This document shows, one piece after another, positions 17,373 through 25,849 of a DNA stretch of 28,253 nucleotides (the stretch's first letter is position 1; every line of letters starts with the position of its first letter). Source of the DNA: a virus. Location of the stretch: the UHGV virus genome UHGV-0121368; one strand, 5' to 3'. The notes beneath the pieces are model-generated. The model was not told the origin of the DNA. It did not search any database and saw only the letters and a list, made by a program, of their open reading frames with translations. A program made the position numbers and the translations under genes.

Positions 17373-18781
17373 CAGTGAAATACTACGCCATTCTGACTAA
17401 TCAGGGCGCAGCACGGCTGGCTAACGCGACGATGCTTGGCAGTAAGCTGAATCTGACGCAAATGGCCGTTGGTGATGCGAATGGTGTCTTGCCGACACCA
17501 GACCCGGCACAGACAAAACTGATTAACCAGAAACGCATCGCGCCGCTGAATCTTCTGAGTGTTGACCCGAACAACCAGAGCCAGATTATTGCGGAGCAAA
17601 TTATCCCTGAGAACGAGGGTGGATTCTGGATCCGTGAGATTGGGCTTTATGATGATGAAGGCGTACTCATTGCGGTGGCGAACTGCCCGGAAACGTACAA
17701 ACCGCAGTTACAGGAAGGCAGCGGTCGTACCCAGACTATCCGCATGATTCTGGTTGTCACGAATACCGAAGCTATTACGCTGAAAATCGACCCGTCGGTG
17801 GTACTGGCGACCCGTAAATACGTGGATGATAAAGTCCTGGAATTAAAGCTGTATGTGGATGACCAGATGAGAAACCACATTGCCGCACAGGATCCTCATA
17901 CCCAGTATGCACAGAAACATAATCCGACATTTACCGGAGAACCAAAAGCGCCGACGCCTGCCGCAGGAAATAACACCACGCGGATTGCGACCACTGCGTT
18001 TGTACAGGCCGCTATTACCGCTCTGATTAACGGTGCCCCTGACACGCTGGACACACTGAAAGAAATTGCCGCAGCTATCAACAATGACCCGAAATTCAGT
18101 ACCACCATTAACAATGCGCTGGCAGGTAAACAACCGCTGGACAATACGCTGACTCATTTGAGTGGAAAGGATGTAGCTGGTCTTCTCACATACCTTGGTT
18201 TGGGAGAAGGCTCTGCATTACCTGTTGGTGTCCCTGTTCCGTGGCCTTCAGCCACTCCGCCAACAGGCTGGCTGAAATGCAATGGTGCGGCTTTTTCTGC
18301 TGAAGAATACCCGGAACTGGCAAAGGCTTACCCGACAAATAAATTGCCAGATTTACGTGGTGAGTTTATTCGTGGCTGGGATGACGGGCGAGGGATTGAT
18401 GGGGGGCGCATACTTCTCAGTTGTCAGAGTTTTGCTTTCCAGGACCATGCGCACGCTCTGCCAACCGGAGTGGGTAATCCGTCATACCAGATGGAAAGCG
18501 ATATCTATACGGTTTTCAACGATGAACCAGAAATACCCAGTGCGGTCCTGAGTCCATCGTCGTCAGGAACATCATGGGACGCAACCAGTAGGGCAGACAA
18601 GGTAATCCTTTATCGCAAGGACCTTTCACCAACAGGTAATAACAACGAAATAGCGCCCGGATTACCACCATTCAGGACTTACAGGGCATCGACCTCAGAC
18701 GGTGTTACTCATCCGTCCGTGTACGCATCTGAAACCCGTCCGCGCAACATTGCATTTAACTACATCGTGAGGGCTGCATAA
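17369..18781 (+). CDS. H: Tail fibre protein H, 470 aa in the current orientation of the invertible segment
   Basis: Tail-fibre-like N-terminus (MTVKYYAILTNQGAARLANATMLGSKLNLTQMAVGDANG...); the C-terminal 194 aa lie inside the invertible segment. Confidence 0.85.
   Translation: MTVKYYAILTNQGAARLANATMLGSKLNLTQMAVGDANGVLPTPDPAQTKLINQKRIAPLNLLSVDPNNQSQIIAEQIIPENEGGFWIREIGLYDDEGVLIAVANCPETYKPQLQEGSGRTQTIRMILVVTNTEAITLKIDPSVVLATRKYVDDKVLELKLYVDDQMRNHIAAQDPHTQYAQKHNPTFTGEPKAPTPAAGNNTTRIATTAFVQAAITALINGAPDTLDTLKEIAAAINNDPKFSTTINNALAGKQPLDNTLTHLSGKDVAGLLTYLGLGEGSALPVGVPVPWPSATPPTGWLKCNGAAFSAEEYPELAKAYPTNKLPDLRGEFIRGWDDGRGIDGGRILLSCQSFAFQDHAHALPTGVGNPSYQMESDIYTVFNDEPEIPSAVLSPSSSGTSWDATSRADKVILYRKDLSPTGNNNEIAPGLPPFRTYRASTSDGVTHPSVYASETRPRNIAFNYIVRAA
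18183..18208. repeat. Left 26-bp Hin/Gin-type crossover site (TTCTCACATACC-TT-GGTTTGGGAGAA) inside H
   Basis: The 12-bp half-site GGTTTGGGAGAA is the exact inverted repeat of TTCTCCCAAACC at 19869..19880; overall layout resembles hix/gix sites (12-bp half-site, 2-bp core, 12-bp half-site). Confidence 0.65.
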
Positions 18782-19386
18782 TGGCGAAAGCAAAATTAAA
18801 CAGTGCGTTTATTGCCACCGTGGCAGGAGAAATCACTGTGTACAACTACCGGGGCGACACCCGCGAATACATATCCTCATCGCTTGAGTATCTGCCTGTG
18901 GGGGTGGGTATTCCTGCCAATTCCTGTACCGATGCGCCCGGCACACATAAGGCTGGTTATGCAATCTGCCGTTCTGCAGATTTTAACTCATGGGAATATG
19001 TGCCAGACCATCGCGGTGAAATTGTCTATGGCATCGAAACGGGGGAATCAAAAGAAATTACTGTGCCGGGGGATTACCCTGAAAATACGACCACTTTTGC
19101 CCCATTAACGCCATACGATAAATGGGATGGTGAGAAATGGGTAACAGATACCGAGGCACAGCATAGCGCCGCAGTAGATGCAGCAGAAGTACAGCGCCAG
19201 TCTCTGATTGATGCTGCTATGGCTTCCATCAGTCTGATTCAGCTGAAATTGCAGGCCGGACGTAAACTGACGCAGGCAGAAACAACCCGCCTTAACGCTG
19301 TGCTGGATTACATTGACGCGGTGACGGCAATAGATACCAGCACCGCGCCTGATATTATTTGGCCTGTATTCCCTGAGACTGATTAA
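18781..19386 (+). CDS. G: Tail fibre assembly chaperone, 201 aa
   Basis: ATG overlaps the H stop (TAATG); C-terminal motif DTSTAPDIIWPVFP typical of Tfa-family chaperones. Confidence 0.8.
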   Translation: MAKAKLNSAFIATVAGEITVYNYRGDTREYISSSLEYLPVGVGIPANSCTDAPGTHKAGYAICRSADFNSWEYVPDHRGEIVYGIETGESKEITVPGDYPENTTTFAPLTPYDKWDGEKWVTDTEAQHSAAVDAAEVQRQSLIDAAMASISLIQLKLQAGRKLTQAETTRLNAVLDYIDAVTAIDTSTAPDIIWPVFPETD

Positions 19387-19615
19387 CCTCAATCAGTATT
19401 GGTTCGCCTTTCTCATTAATTGTTAGCTCCATGCCCTGAGGAATTTCTGTCATAGTAAAAAACCAGTTGTCCTCCGGTAATTCAATAGCCCCGGTCACGT
19501 CATGAAGACCGGGGATTACTTCAGTCAAAGTAACTGGATTAAACAGGCGCACAATAAACCCTCCATGAAAAAGCATTTGATGATGGTCTGCCGTCGTACA
19601 TCTGGCAGCGGGCAT
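19355..19615 (-). CDS. Small ORF (86 aa) downstream of the alternative H cassette; possible alternative chaperone, or spurious
   Basis: Minus-strand ORF inside the invertible segment; overlaps the alternative H cassette and the 3' end of G; lacks the Tfa C-terminal motif. Confidence 0.2.
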   Translation of the reverse strand: MPAARCTTADHHQMLFHGGFIVRLFNPVTLTEVIPGLHDVTGAIELPEDNWFFTMTEIPQGMELTINEKGEPILIEVNQSQGIQAK

Positions 19616-19880
19616 AAAAGCCGGTATTTGTTACCTGATCATCCACGATCATTGAAACGTGAACATTATTAGGTGTGCTCTCGTAATCCGTTCTTATTCT
19701 TTCTGCGATACTGATAAAACGTGAAAGTTTAGGCAGTGCAATTGGGTAAACGACTTTAGCCAGTCCATTATCATTAGATCCACCGGTTCCAAATACTTCT
19801 ATTGCACCATCTGACCAGCGTACCCATGCACCATTGGCATTAGCTCCTCGCTGAATGACATATCTGGCTTCTCCCAAACC
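19539..19880 (-). CDS. Alternative tail-fibre C-terminal cassette (about 113 aa), silent in the current orientation
   Basis: The minus-strand frame reads G-L-G-E across the crossover half-site exactly as H does, so inversion fuses the constant H N-terminus (aa 1-276) in frame to ...GLGEARYVIQRGANANGAWVRW...; no own start codon or promoter. Confidence 0.55.
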   Translation of the reverse strand, partial: GLGEARYVIQRGANANGAWVRWSDGAIEVFGTGGSNDNGLAKVVYPIALPKLSRFISIAERIRTDYESTPNNVHVSMIVDDQVTNTGFYARCQMYDGRPSSNAFSWRVYCAPV

Positions 19881-19894
19881 AACGTTTTATGGAA
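19869..19894. repeat. Right 26-bp Hin/Gin-type crossover site (TTCTCCCAAACC-AA-CGTTTTATGGAA)
   Basis: Inverted partner of the site at 18183..18208; 14 of the first 14 positions are identical to the reverse complement of the left site. Confidence 0.65.
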
Positions 19895-19982
19895 TCGGTT
19901 AAATATGATGTTGAAAGAAGGGAATGTTTTAGTATTGATTGTTAGATAAAAATGGAAAGTGCTGATTGTCACGGTATATTTT

Positions 19983-20014
19983 AAGATGGTAACACCAAAT
20001 GGTGCTACCATCTT
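19983..20014. terminator. 14-bp stem-loop (AAGATGGTAACACC-AAAT-GGTGCTACCATCTT), possible bidirectional terminator
   Basis: Near-perfect inverted repeat with one G-U-compatible mismatch, followed on the plus strand by TATTAGTT; lies between the right crossover site and the 105-aa ORF stop. Confidence 0.4.
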
Positions 20015-20020
20015 TATTAG

Positions 20021-20338
20021 TTATCTGTTCCTTCTGAGGATTCCGCTACTCCCTTGTGTTGTAGGGTTTGATTTTTTCCAATAATGATAACCTTGTGATG
20101 TAATCCTTAGAGAGTCAGTATCTACACTCCATCCATCAATACTTTCAGGAGAACCATCAAAGATTACCTTTCCTGTAAGATACCCATCGTCATGCAGAAA
20201 GGCGATATATCCATAAACTTCTTTTAAATCACCAATTTCATTGACCAGGCGTTCCCACGCTTGAGCAGTGATTCTCTCTGGATAGGCTTCGACAAAATAT
20301 TTCAGTGTGGTAGTTTTTTTATTGGTATCGATGTTCAT
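20021..20338 (-). CDS. Unknown 105-aa protein in the Z/fun-equivalent variable locus
   Basis: Minus-strand ORF in an AT-rich island between the invertible segment and the invertase gene; no recognisable motif. Confidence 0.45.
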   Translation of the reverse strand: MNIDTNKKTTTLKYFVEAYPERITAQAWERLVNEIGDLKEVYGYIAFLHDDGYLTGKVIFDGSPESIDGWSVDTDSLRITSQGYHYWKKSNPTTQGSSGILRRNR

Positions 20339-20536
20339 CAGATTTTCCTTTTATTGAGGTCAACATATCTTACCATACTTAATTGATTCACATGGGAATG
20401 CTAAGTGGGCTATGTATCCACTATCAGTAAATATTCTTATCCTGCAAGATTATTGTAATTGAGTGCTTCATAGTCTTGTCCGCTTGTACATATATAGATA
20501 ATTCTGTGTCATTATTCTGTTTTTATAGGGATTTTT

Positions 20537-21130
20537 ATGCATATAGGTTATGTTCGTGTATCAACAAATGACCAGAACACGGAATTGCAGCGTAACGCGC
20601 TGGAGTGCGCAGGATGTGAGCTGATTTTTGAGGATAAAATCAGCGGCACGAAGTCCGATCGACCGGGACTGAAAAAACTGCTCAGAACATTATCAGCAGG
20701 TGACACTCTGGTAGTCTGGAAGCTGGACAGGCTGGGGCGTAGTATGCGGCATCTGGTCATTCTGGTTGAGGAACTGCGCGAACGCGGTGTTAATTTTCGC
20801 AGCCTGACGGATGCCATTGATACCAGCACGCCGATGGGGCGTTTTTTCTTTCATGTGATGGGGGCCCTGGCTGAAATGGAACGAGAACTCATTGTCGAGC
20901 GGACTCGGGCCGGGCTGGAAGTGGCCAGAGCCAAAGGTCGTATTGGTGGCAGACGTCCTAAACTCACCACGAGTGAGTGGGAGCAGGCCGGGCGTTTGCT
21001 GGCTGCAGGGGAGTCACGTCAACGCGTGGCACTGATTTTTGATATTGGTCTGTCCACGCTCTATAAAAAATTTCCCTCATCAGCGACAAAGAATAAATTG
21101 TGTCATCCCTTAGCCAACCGGGACAAATAG
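20537..21130 (+). CDS. Serine DNA invertase (Hin/Gin/Pin/Cin family), 197 aa
   Basis: N-terminal catalytic motif IGYVRVSTNDQ with the nucleophilic Ser near position 9-10; LVVWKLDRLGRS and GRFFFHVMGALAEMERELIVERT blocks; C-terminal HTH (GLSTLYKKFP); closely resembles Hin as I recall it. Confidence 0.9.
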   Translation: MHIGYVRVSTNDQNTELQRNALECAGCELIFEDKISGTKSDRPGLKKLLRTLSAGDTLVVWKLDRLGRSMRHLVILVEELRERGVNFRSLTDAIDTSTPMGRFFFHVMGALAEMERELIVERTRAGLEVARAKGRIGGRRPKLTTSEWEQAGRLLAAGESRQRVALIFDIGLSTLYKKFPSSATKNKLCHPLANRDK

Positions 21131-21189
21131 CCTGACATCTCCGGCACAACTGAAAATATCACTCACCCATTAACCACGGAGTTAAACGG
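21131..21189 (+). promoter_or_regulatory. Candidate late promoter upstream of FI
   Basis: Intergenic region before the sheath/tube operon, with GGAG Shine-Dalgarno before the FI ATG; position equivalent to P2 PF; no clear dyad seen. Confidence 0.3.
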
Positions 21190-22380
21190 ATGAGTGACTA
21201 TCATCACGGCGTGCAGGTGCTGGAGATTAACGACGGCACCCGCGTCATTTCCACCGTATCCACTGCCATTGTCGGCATGGTTTGCACGGCCAGCGATGCG
21301 GATGCGCAAATCTTCCCCCTCAATAAACCGGTGCTGATTACCAATGTGCAGAGCGCAATTGCAAAGGCCGGTAAAAAAGGCACGCTGGCGGCATCGTTGC
21401 AGGCCATCGCCGACCAGTCAAAACCGGTCACCGTTGTCGTGCGTGTGGAAGATGGCACCGGTGACGACGAGGAAACGAAACTCGCGCAGACCGTTTCCAA
21501 TATCATCGGCACCACCGACGAAAACGGTCAGTACACCGGACTGAAAGCCCTGCTGGCGGCGGAGTCGGTAACCGGTGTTAAACCGCGCATTCTCGGTGTG
21601 CCGGGACTGGACACCAAAGAGGTGGCTGTTGCACTGGCATCAGTCTGTCAGAAGCTGCGCGCTTTCGGGTATATCAGCGCATGGGGCTGTAAAACCATTT
21701 CCGAGGTGAAAGCCTACCGCCAGAATTTCAGCCAGCGTGAGCTGATGGTCATCTGGCCGGATTTCCTCGCATGGGATACGGTCACCAGTACCACCGCCAC
21801 CGCGTATGCCACCGCCCGTGCGCTGGGTCTGCGCGCTAAAATCGACCAGGAGCAGGGCTGGCATAAAACGCTGTCCAACGTTGGGGTGAACGGTGTTACC
21901 GGCATCAGCGCCTCTGTATTCTGGGATTTGCAGGAGTCCGGCACCGATGCTGACCTGCTTAACGAGTCAGGCGTCACAACGCTGATTCGCCGTGACGGTT
22001 TCCGCTTCTGGGGTAACCGTACCTGCTCTGATGACCCGCTGTTCCTCTTTGAAAACTACACCCGCACCGCGCAGGTGCTGGCCGACACGATGGCTGAGGC
22101 GCACATGTGGGCGGTGGACAAGCCCATCACCGCAACGCTGATTCGCGACATCGTTGACGGCATCAATGCCAAATTCCGTGAGCTGAAAACAAACGGCTAT
22201 ATCGTGGATGCGACCTGCTGGTTCAGCGAAGAATCCAACGATGCGGAAACCCTCAAGGCCGGAAAACTGTATATCGACTACGACTATACCCCGGTGCCTC
22301 CTCTCGAAAACCTGACCCTGCGCCAGCGTATTACCGATAAATACCTGGCAAATCTGGTCACTTCGGTTAACAGCAATTAA
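21190..22380 (+). CDS. FI: Tail sheath protein, 396 aa
   Basis: 396 aa, equal to P2 gpFI. Confidence 0.9.
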   Translation: MSDYHHGVQVLEINDGTRVISTVSTAIVGMVCTASDADAQIFPLNKPVLITNVQSAIAKAGKKGTLAASLQAIADQSKPVTVVVRVEDGTGDDEETKLAQTVSNIIGTTDENGQYTGLKALLAAESVTGVKPRILGVPGLDTKEVAVALASVCQKLRAFGYISAWGCKTISEVKAYRQNFSQRELMVIWPDFLAWDTVTSTTATAYATARALGLRAKIDQEQGWHKTLSNVGVNGVTGISASVFWDLQESGTDADLLNESGVTTLIRRDGFRFWGNRTCSDDPLFLFENYTRTAQVLADTMAEAHMWAVDKPITATLIRDIVDGINAKFRELKTNGYIVDATCWFSEESNDAETLKAGKLYIDYDYTPVPPLENLTLRQRITDKYLANLVTSVNSN

Positions 22381-22392
22381 GGAGCCTGACCG

Positions 22393-22911
22393 ATGGCAAT
22401 GCCGCGCAAACTCAAGTTAATGAACGTCTTTCTGAACGGCTACAGCTATCAGGGCGTTGCAAAGTCCGTCACGCTGCCAAAACTGACCCGTAAGCTCGAA
22501 AACTATCGCGGTGCGGGGATGAACGGCAGCGCACCGGTAGACCTCGGCCTTGATGACGATGCGCTGTCAATGGAGTGGTCGCTCGGGGGCTTCCCGGATT
22601 CGGTTATCTGGGAGCTTTACGCCGCAACCGGCGTGGATGCCGTGCCGATTCGTTTTGCAGGCTCTTACCAGCGCGACGATACCGGCGAAACGGTGGCCGT
22701 CGAAGTGGTCATGCGTGGCCGTCAGAAAGAAATCGACACCGGTGAGGGTAAACAGGGAGAAGACACCGAGTCGAAAATCTCCGTGGTCTGCACCTATTTC
22801 CGGCTGACGATGGACGGTAAGGAGCTGGTCGAAATTGACACCATCAACATGATTGAGAAGGTGAACGGCGTCGACCGGCTGGAGCAACACCGCCGCAATA
22901 TCGGCCTGTGA
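22393..22911 (+). CDS. FII: Tail tube protein, 172 aa
   Basis: 172 aa, equal to P2 gpFII; follows the sheath gene. Confidence 0.9.
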   Translation: MAMPRKLKLMNVFLNGYSYQGVAKSVTLPKLTRKLENYRGAGMNGSAPVDLGLDDDALSMEWSLGGFPDSVIWELYAATGVDAVPIRFAGSYQRDDTGETVAVEVVMRGRQKEIDTGEGKQGEDTESKISVVCTYFRLTMDGKELVEIDTINMIEKVNGVDRLEQHRRNIGL

Positions 22912-22918
22912 TTTTCAT

Positions 22919-22939
22919 CCGGTCAGCCAGGCTGACCGG
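22919..22939 (+). other. Perfect 9-bp stem-loop (CCGGTCAGC-CAG-GCTGACCGG) between FII and E
   Basis: Perfect inverted repeat 8 nt after the FII stop; no U-tract follows, so more likely an RNA processing/stability element or attenuator than a full terminator. Confidence 0.35.
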
Positions 22940-22967
22940 TTAACCCTGATTAAGAAGTGAGAAAACC

Positions 22968-23243
22968 ATGAACAAAGAAAATGTGATTACCCTGGACAAT
23001 CCGGTCAAACGTGGTGAGCAGGTTATCGAACAGGTCACGCTGATGAAACCCAATGCCGGGACGCTGCGCGGTGTCAGTCTGGCTGCGGTTGCAAACTCCG
23101 AAGTCGATGCACTGATTAAGGTGCTGCCGCGCATGACGGCACCGATGCTGACCGAGCAGGAAGTCGCCGCGCTGGAACTGCCTGACCTTGTGGCGCTGGC
23201 CGGTAAGGTGGTCGGTTTTTTGTCGCCGAACTCGGTGCAGTGA
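22968..23243 (+). CDS. E: Tail assembly chaperone E, 91 aa
   Basis: 91 aa, equal to P2 gpE; ends just after a T-TTT-TTG slippery heptamer. Confidence 0.8.
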   Translation: MNKENVITLDNPVKRGEQVIEQVTLMKPNAGTLRGVSLAAVANSEVDALIKVLPRMTAPMLTEQEVAALELPDLVALAGKVVGFLSPNSVQ

Positions 23244-23395
23244 CGTTTCCGAAAAATCTCTCGGTCGATGACCTGATGGCGGATGTGGCAGTGATATTTC
23301 ACTGGCCGCCATCAGAACTGTATCCCATGAGCCTGACCGAACTCATCACATGGCGCGAAAAGGCGCTCCGGCGAAGCGGAAACACGAATGAGTAA
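22968..23395 (+). CDS. E': E+E' tail assembly chaperone produced by programmed -1 frameshift (about 142 aa)
   Basis: Slippery heptamer T_TTT_TTG at 23216..23222; the -1 frame is open from there to TAA at 23393..23395 (...FFVAELGAVTFPKNLSVDDLMADVAVIFHWPPSELYPMSLTELITWREKALRRSGNTNE) and overlaps the T start. Confidence 0.65.
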
Positions 23396-25835
23396 CAATG
23401 TAAAATTACAGGTATTGCTCAGGGCTGTTGACCAGGCATCCCGCCCGTTTAAATCCATCCGCACAGCGAGTAAGTCGCTGTCGGGGGATATCCGGGAAAC
23501 ACAAAAATCACTGCGCGAGCTGAACGGTCACGCATCCCGTATTGAGGGATTTCGCAAGACCAGTGCGCAGCTCGCCGTGACTGGTCATGCACTTGAAAAG
23601 GCACGGCAGGAAGCCGAAGCCCTTGCCACACAGTTTAAAAACACCGAACGTCCGACCCGTGCTCAGGCGAAAGTGCTGGAATCCGCAAAGCGAGCGGCGG
23701 AGGACTTACAGGCGAAATATAACCGCCTGACGGATTCCGTTAAACGCCAGCAGCGGGAACTGGCCGCTGTGGGAATTAATACCCGCAATCTTGCACATGA
23801 TGAGCAGGGACTGAAAAACCGTATCAGTGAAACCACCGCACAGCTTAACCGTCAGCGCGACGCGCTGGCGCGTGTCAGTGCGCAACAGGCAAAACTTAAC
23901 GCAGTCAAACAGCGTTATCAGGCCGGAAAGGAACTGGCCGGAAATATGGCCTCAGTGGGCGCTGCCGGTGTGGGGATTGCGGCGGCGGGAACGATGGCCG
24001 GAGTTAAGCTGCTGATGCCCGGTTATGAGTTTGCGCAGAAAAACTCAGAATTGCAGGCTGTGCTGGGAGTGGCAAAAGACTCCGCCGAAATGACCGCACT
24101 CCGCAAACAGGCGCGCCAGCTCGGCGACAATACCGCCGCCTCAGCGGATGATGCGGCCGGTGCACAGATAATCATCGCGAAAGCGGGTGGGGATGTTGAT
24201 GCCATTCAGGCGGCAACACCGGTCACGCTGAATATGGCGCTGGCGAACCGCCGCACGATGGAAGAAAACGCCGCCCTGCTGATGGGGATGAAATCCGCCT
24301 TTCAGCTTTCAAACGATAAGGTCGCTCATATCGGGGATGTTCTCTCCATGACGATGAACAAAACCGCCGCCGATTTTGACGGCATGAGCGATGCTCTGAC
24401 CTATGCCGCACCTGTGGCAAAAAATGCCGGTGTCAGCATTGAAGAAACCGCCGCAATGGTCGGGGCGCTGCATGATGCAAAAATCACAGGCTCAATGGCG
24501 GGGACGGGAAGCCGTGCCGTGTTAAGCCGCCTGCAGGCACCGACGGGAAAAGCATGGGATGCACTCAAAGAGCTTGGAGTGAAAACCTCAGACAGCAAGG
24601 GAAACACCCGGCCAATATTTACCATTCTGAAAGAAATGCAGGCCAGTTTTGAGAAAAACCGGCTCGGTACTGCCCAGCAGGCTGAATACATGAAAACCAT
24701 TTTCGGGGAGGAGGCCAGCTCAGCCGCCGCCGTGCTGATGACTGCCGCCTCAACCGGAAAGCTGGACAAACTGACCGCTGCGTTTAAAGCCTCAGACGGG
24801 AAGACCGCCGAGCTGGTAAATATCATGCAGGACAACCTAGGCGGTGACTTTAAAGAGTTTCAGTCCGCTTATGAGGCAGTGGGGACTGACCTGTTTGACC
24901 AGCAGGAAGGCGCACTGCGTAAGCTCACTCAGACGGCCACAAAGTATGTGTTAAAACTCGACGGCTGGATCCAGAAAAACAAATCACTGGCGTCAACCAT
25001 CGGCCTCATTGTCGGTGGCGCGCTGGCGCTTATTGGCATCATCGGTGCCATTGGTCTTGTAGCCTGGCCGGTTATCACCGGCATCAATGCCATTATCGCG
25101 GCAGCAGGCGCAATGGGGGCAATCTTCACGACGGTTAGCAGTGCTGTTATGACGGCCATCGGGGCGATTAGCTGGCCGGTTGTGGCCGTGGTGGCCGCCA
25201 TTGTCGCCGGGGCGTTGCTTATCCGTAAATACTGGGAGCCTGTCAGCGCATTCTTTGGCGGTGTGGTTGAAGGGCTGAAAGCGGCATTTGCGCCGGTGGG
25301 GGAACTGTTCACGCCACTGAAGCCGGTGTTTGACTGGCTGGGCGAAAAGTTACAGGCCGCGTGGCAGTGGTTTAAAAACCTGATTGCCCCGGTCAAAGCC
25401 ACCCAGGACACCCTGAACCGTTGCCGTGACACGGGCGTCATGTTCGGGCAGGCACTGGCTGACGCGCTGATGCTGCCGCTTAATGCGTTCAACAAACTGC
25501 GCAGTGGTATTGACTGGGTACTGGAAAAACTCGGTGTTATCAACAAAGAGTCAGACACACTTGATCAGACCGCCGCCAGAACTCAAGCCGCCACGTATGG
25601 CAGCGGTGGTTATATTCCGGCGACCAGCTCTTATGCAGGCTATCAGGCTTATCAGCCGGTCACGGCACCGGCTGGCCGCTCTTATGTAGACCAGAGTAAA
25701 AACGAATATCACATCAGCCTGACGGGTGGTACTGCGCCGGGGACACAGCTTGACCGCCAGTTACAGGATGCGCTCGAAAAATACGAGCGGGATAAACGTG
25801 CGCGCGCCCGTGCCAGCATGATGCATGACGGTTAA
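23388..25835 (+). CDS. T: Tail tape measure protein, 815 aa
   Basis: 815 aa, equal to P2 gpT; helical N-terminal half and Gly/Ala-rich hydrophobic segments typical of tape measure proteins. Confidence 0.9.
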   Translation: MSNNVKLQVLLRAVDQASRPFKSIRTASKSLSGDIRETQKSLRELNGHASRIEGFRKTSAQLAVTGHALEKARQEAEALATQFKNTERPTRAQAKVLESAKRAAEDLQAKYNRLTDSVKRQQRELAAVGINTRNLAHDEQGLKNRISETTAQLNRQRDALARVSAQQAKLNAVKQRYQAGKELAGNMASVGAAGVGIAAAGTMAGVKLLMPGYEFAQKNSELQAVLGVAKDSAEMTALRKQARQLGDNTAASADDAAGAQIIIAKAGGDVDAIQAATPVTLNMALANRRTMEENAALLMGMKSAFQLSNDKVAHIGDVLSMTMNKTAADFDGMSDALTYAAPVAKNAGVSIEETAAMVGALHDAKITGSMAGTGSRAVLSRLQAPTGKAWDALKELGVKTSDSKGNTRPIFTILKEMQASFEKNRLGTAQQAEYMKTIFGEEASSAAAVLMTAASTGKLDKLTAAFKASDGKTAELVNIMQDNLGGDFKEFQSAYEAVGTDLFDQQEGALRKLTQTATKYVLKLDGWIQKNKSLASTIGLIVGGALALIGIIGAIGLVAWPVITGINAIIAAAGAMGAIFTTVSSAVMTAIGAISWPVVAVVAAIVAGALLIRKYWEPVSAFFGGVVEGLKAAFAPVGELFTPLKPVFDWLGEKLQAAWQWFKNLIAPVKATQDTLNRCRDTGVMFGQALADALMLPLNAFNKLRSGIDWVLEKLGVINKESDTLDQTAARTQAATYGSGGYIPATSSYAGYQAYQPVTAPAGRSYVDQSKNEYHISLTGGTAPGTQLDRQLQDALEKYERDKRARARASMMHDG

Positions 25836-25849
25836 GGAGGTGACGAAAA

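Larger units (their letters stand above)
18197..19880. other. Invertible tail-fibre segment (about 1.68 kb) carrying the H variable C-terminus and G, with an alternative H C-terminus on the opposite strand
   Basis: Bounded by inverted 26-bp crossover sites with complementary TT/AA cores; invertase gene about 650 bp to the right. Confidence 0.65.

Noticed and set aside
19799-20011. 70-aa minus-strand ORF spanning the right crossover site
   Set aside because: It is in a different frame from the in-frame alternative H cassette and crosses the recombination site and the hairpin; most likely a chance ORF in AT-rich DNA.
24401-25558. Minus-strand ORFs inside the tape measure gene (24401..24835, 24929..25558)
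   Set aside because: Antisense to gpT; Ala/Ser/Thr-rich low-complexity translations typical of the reverse frame of a Gly/Ala-rich gene.
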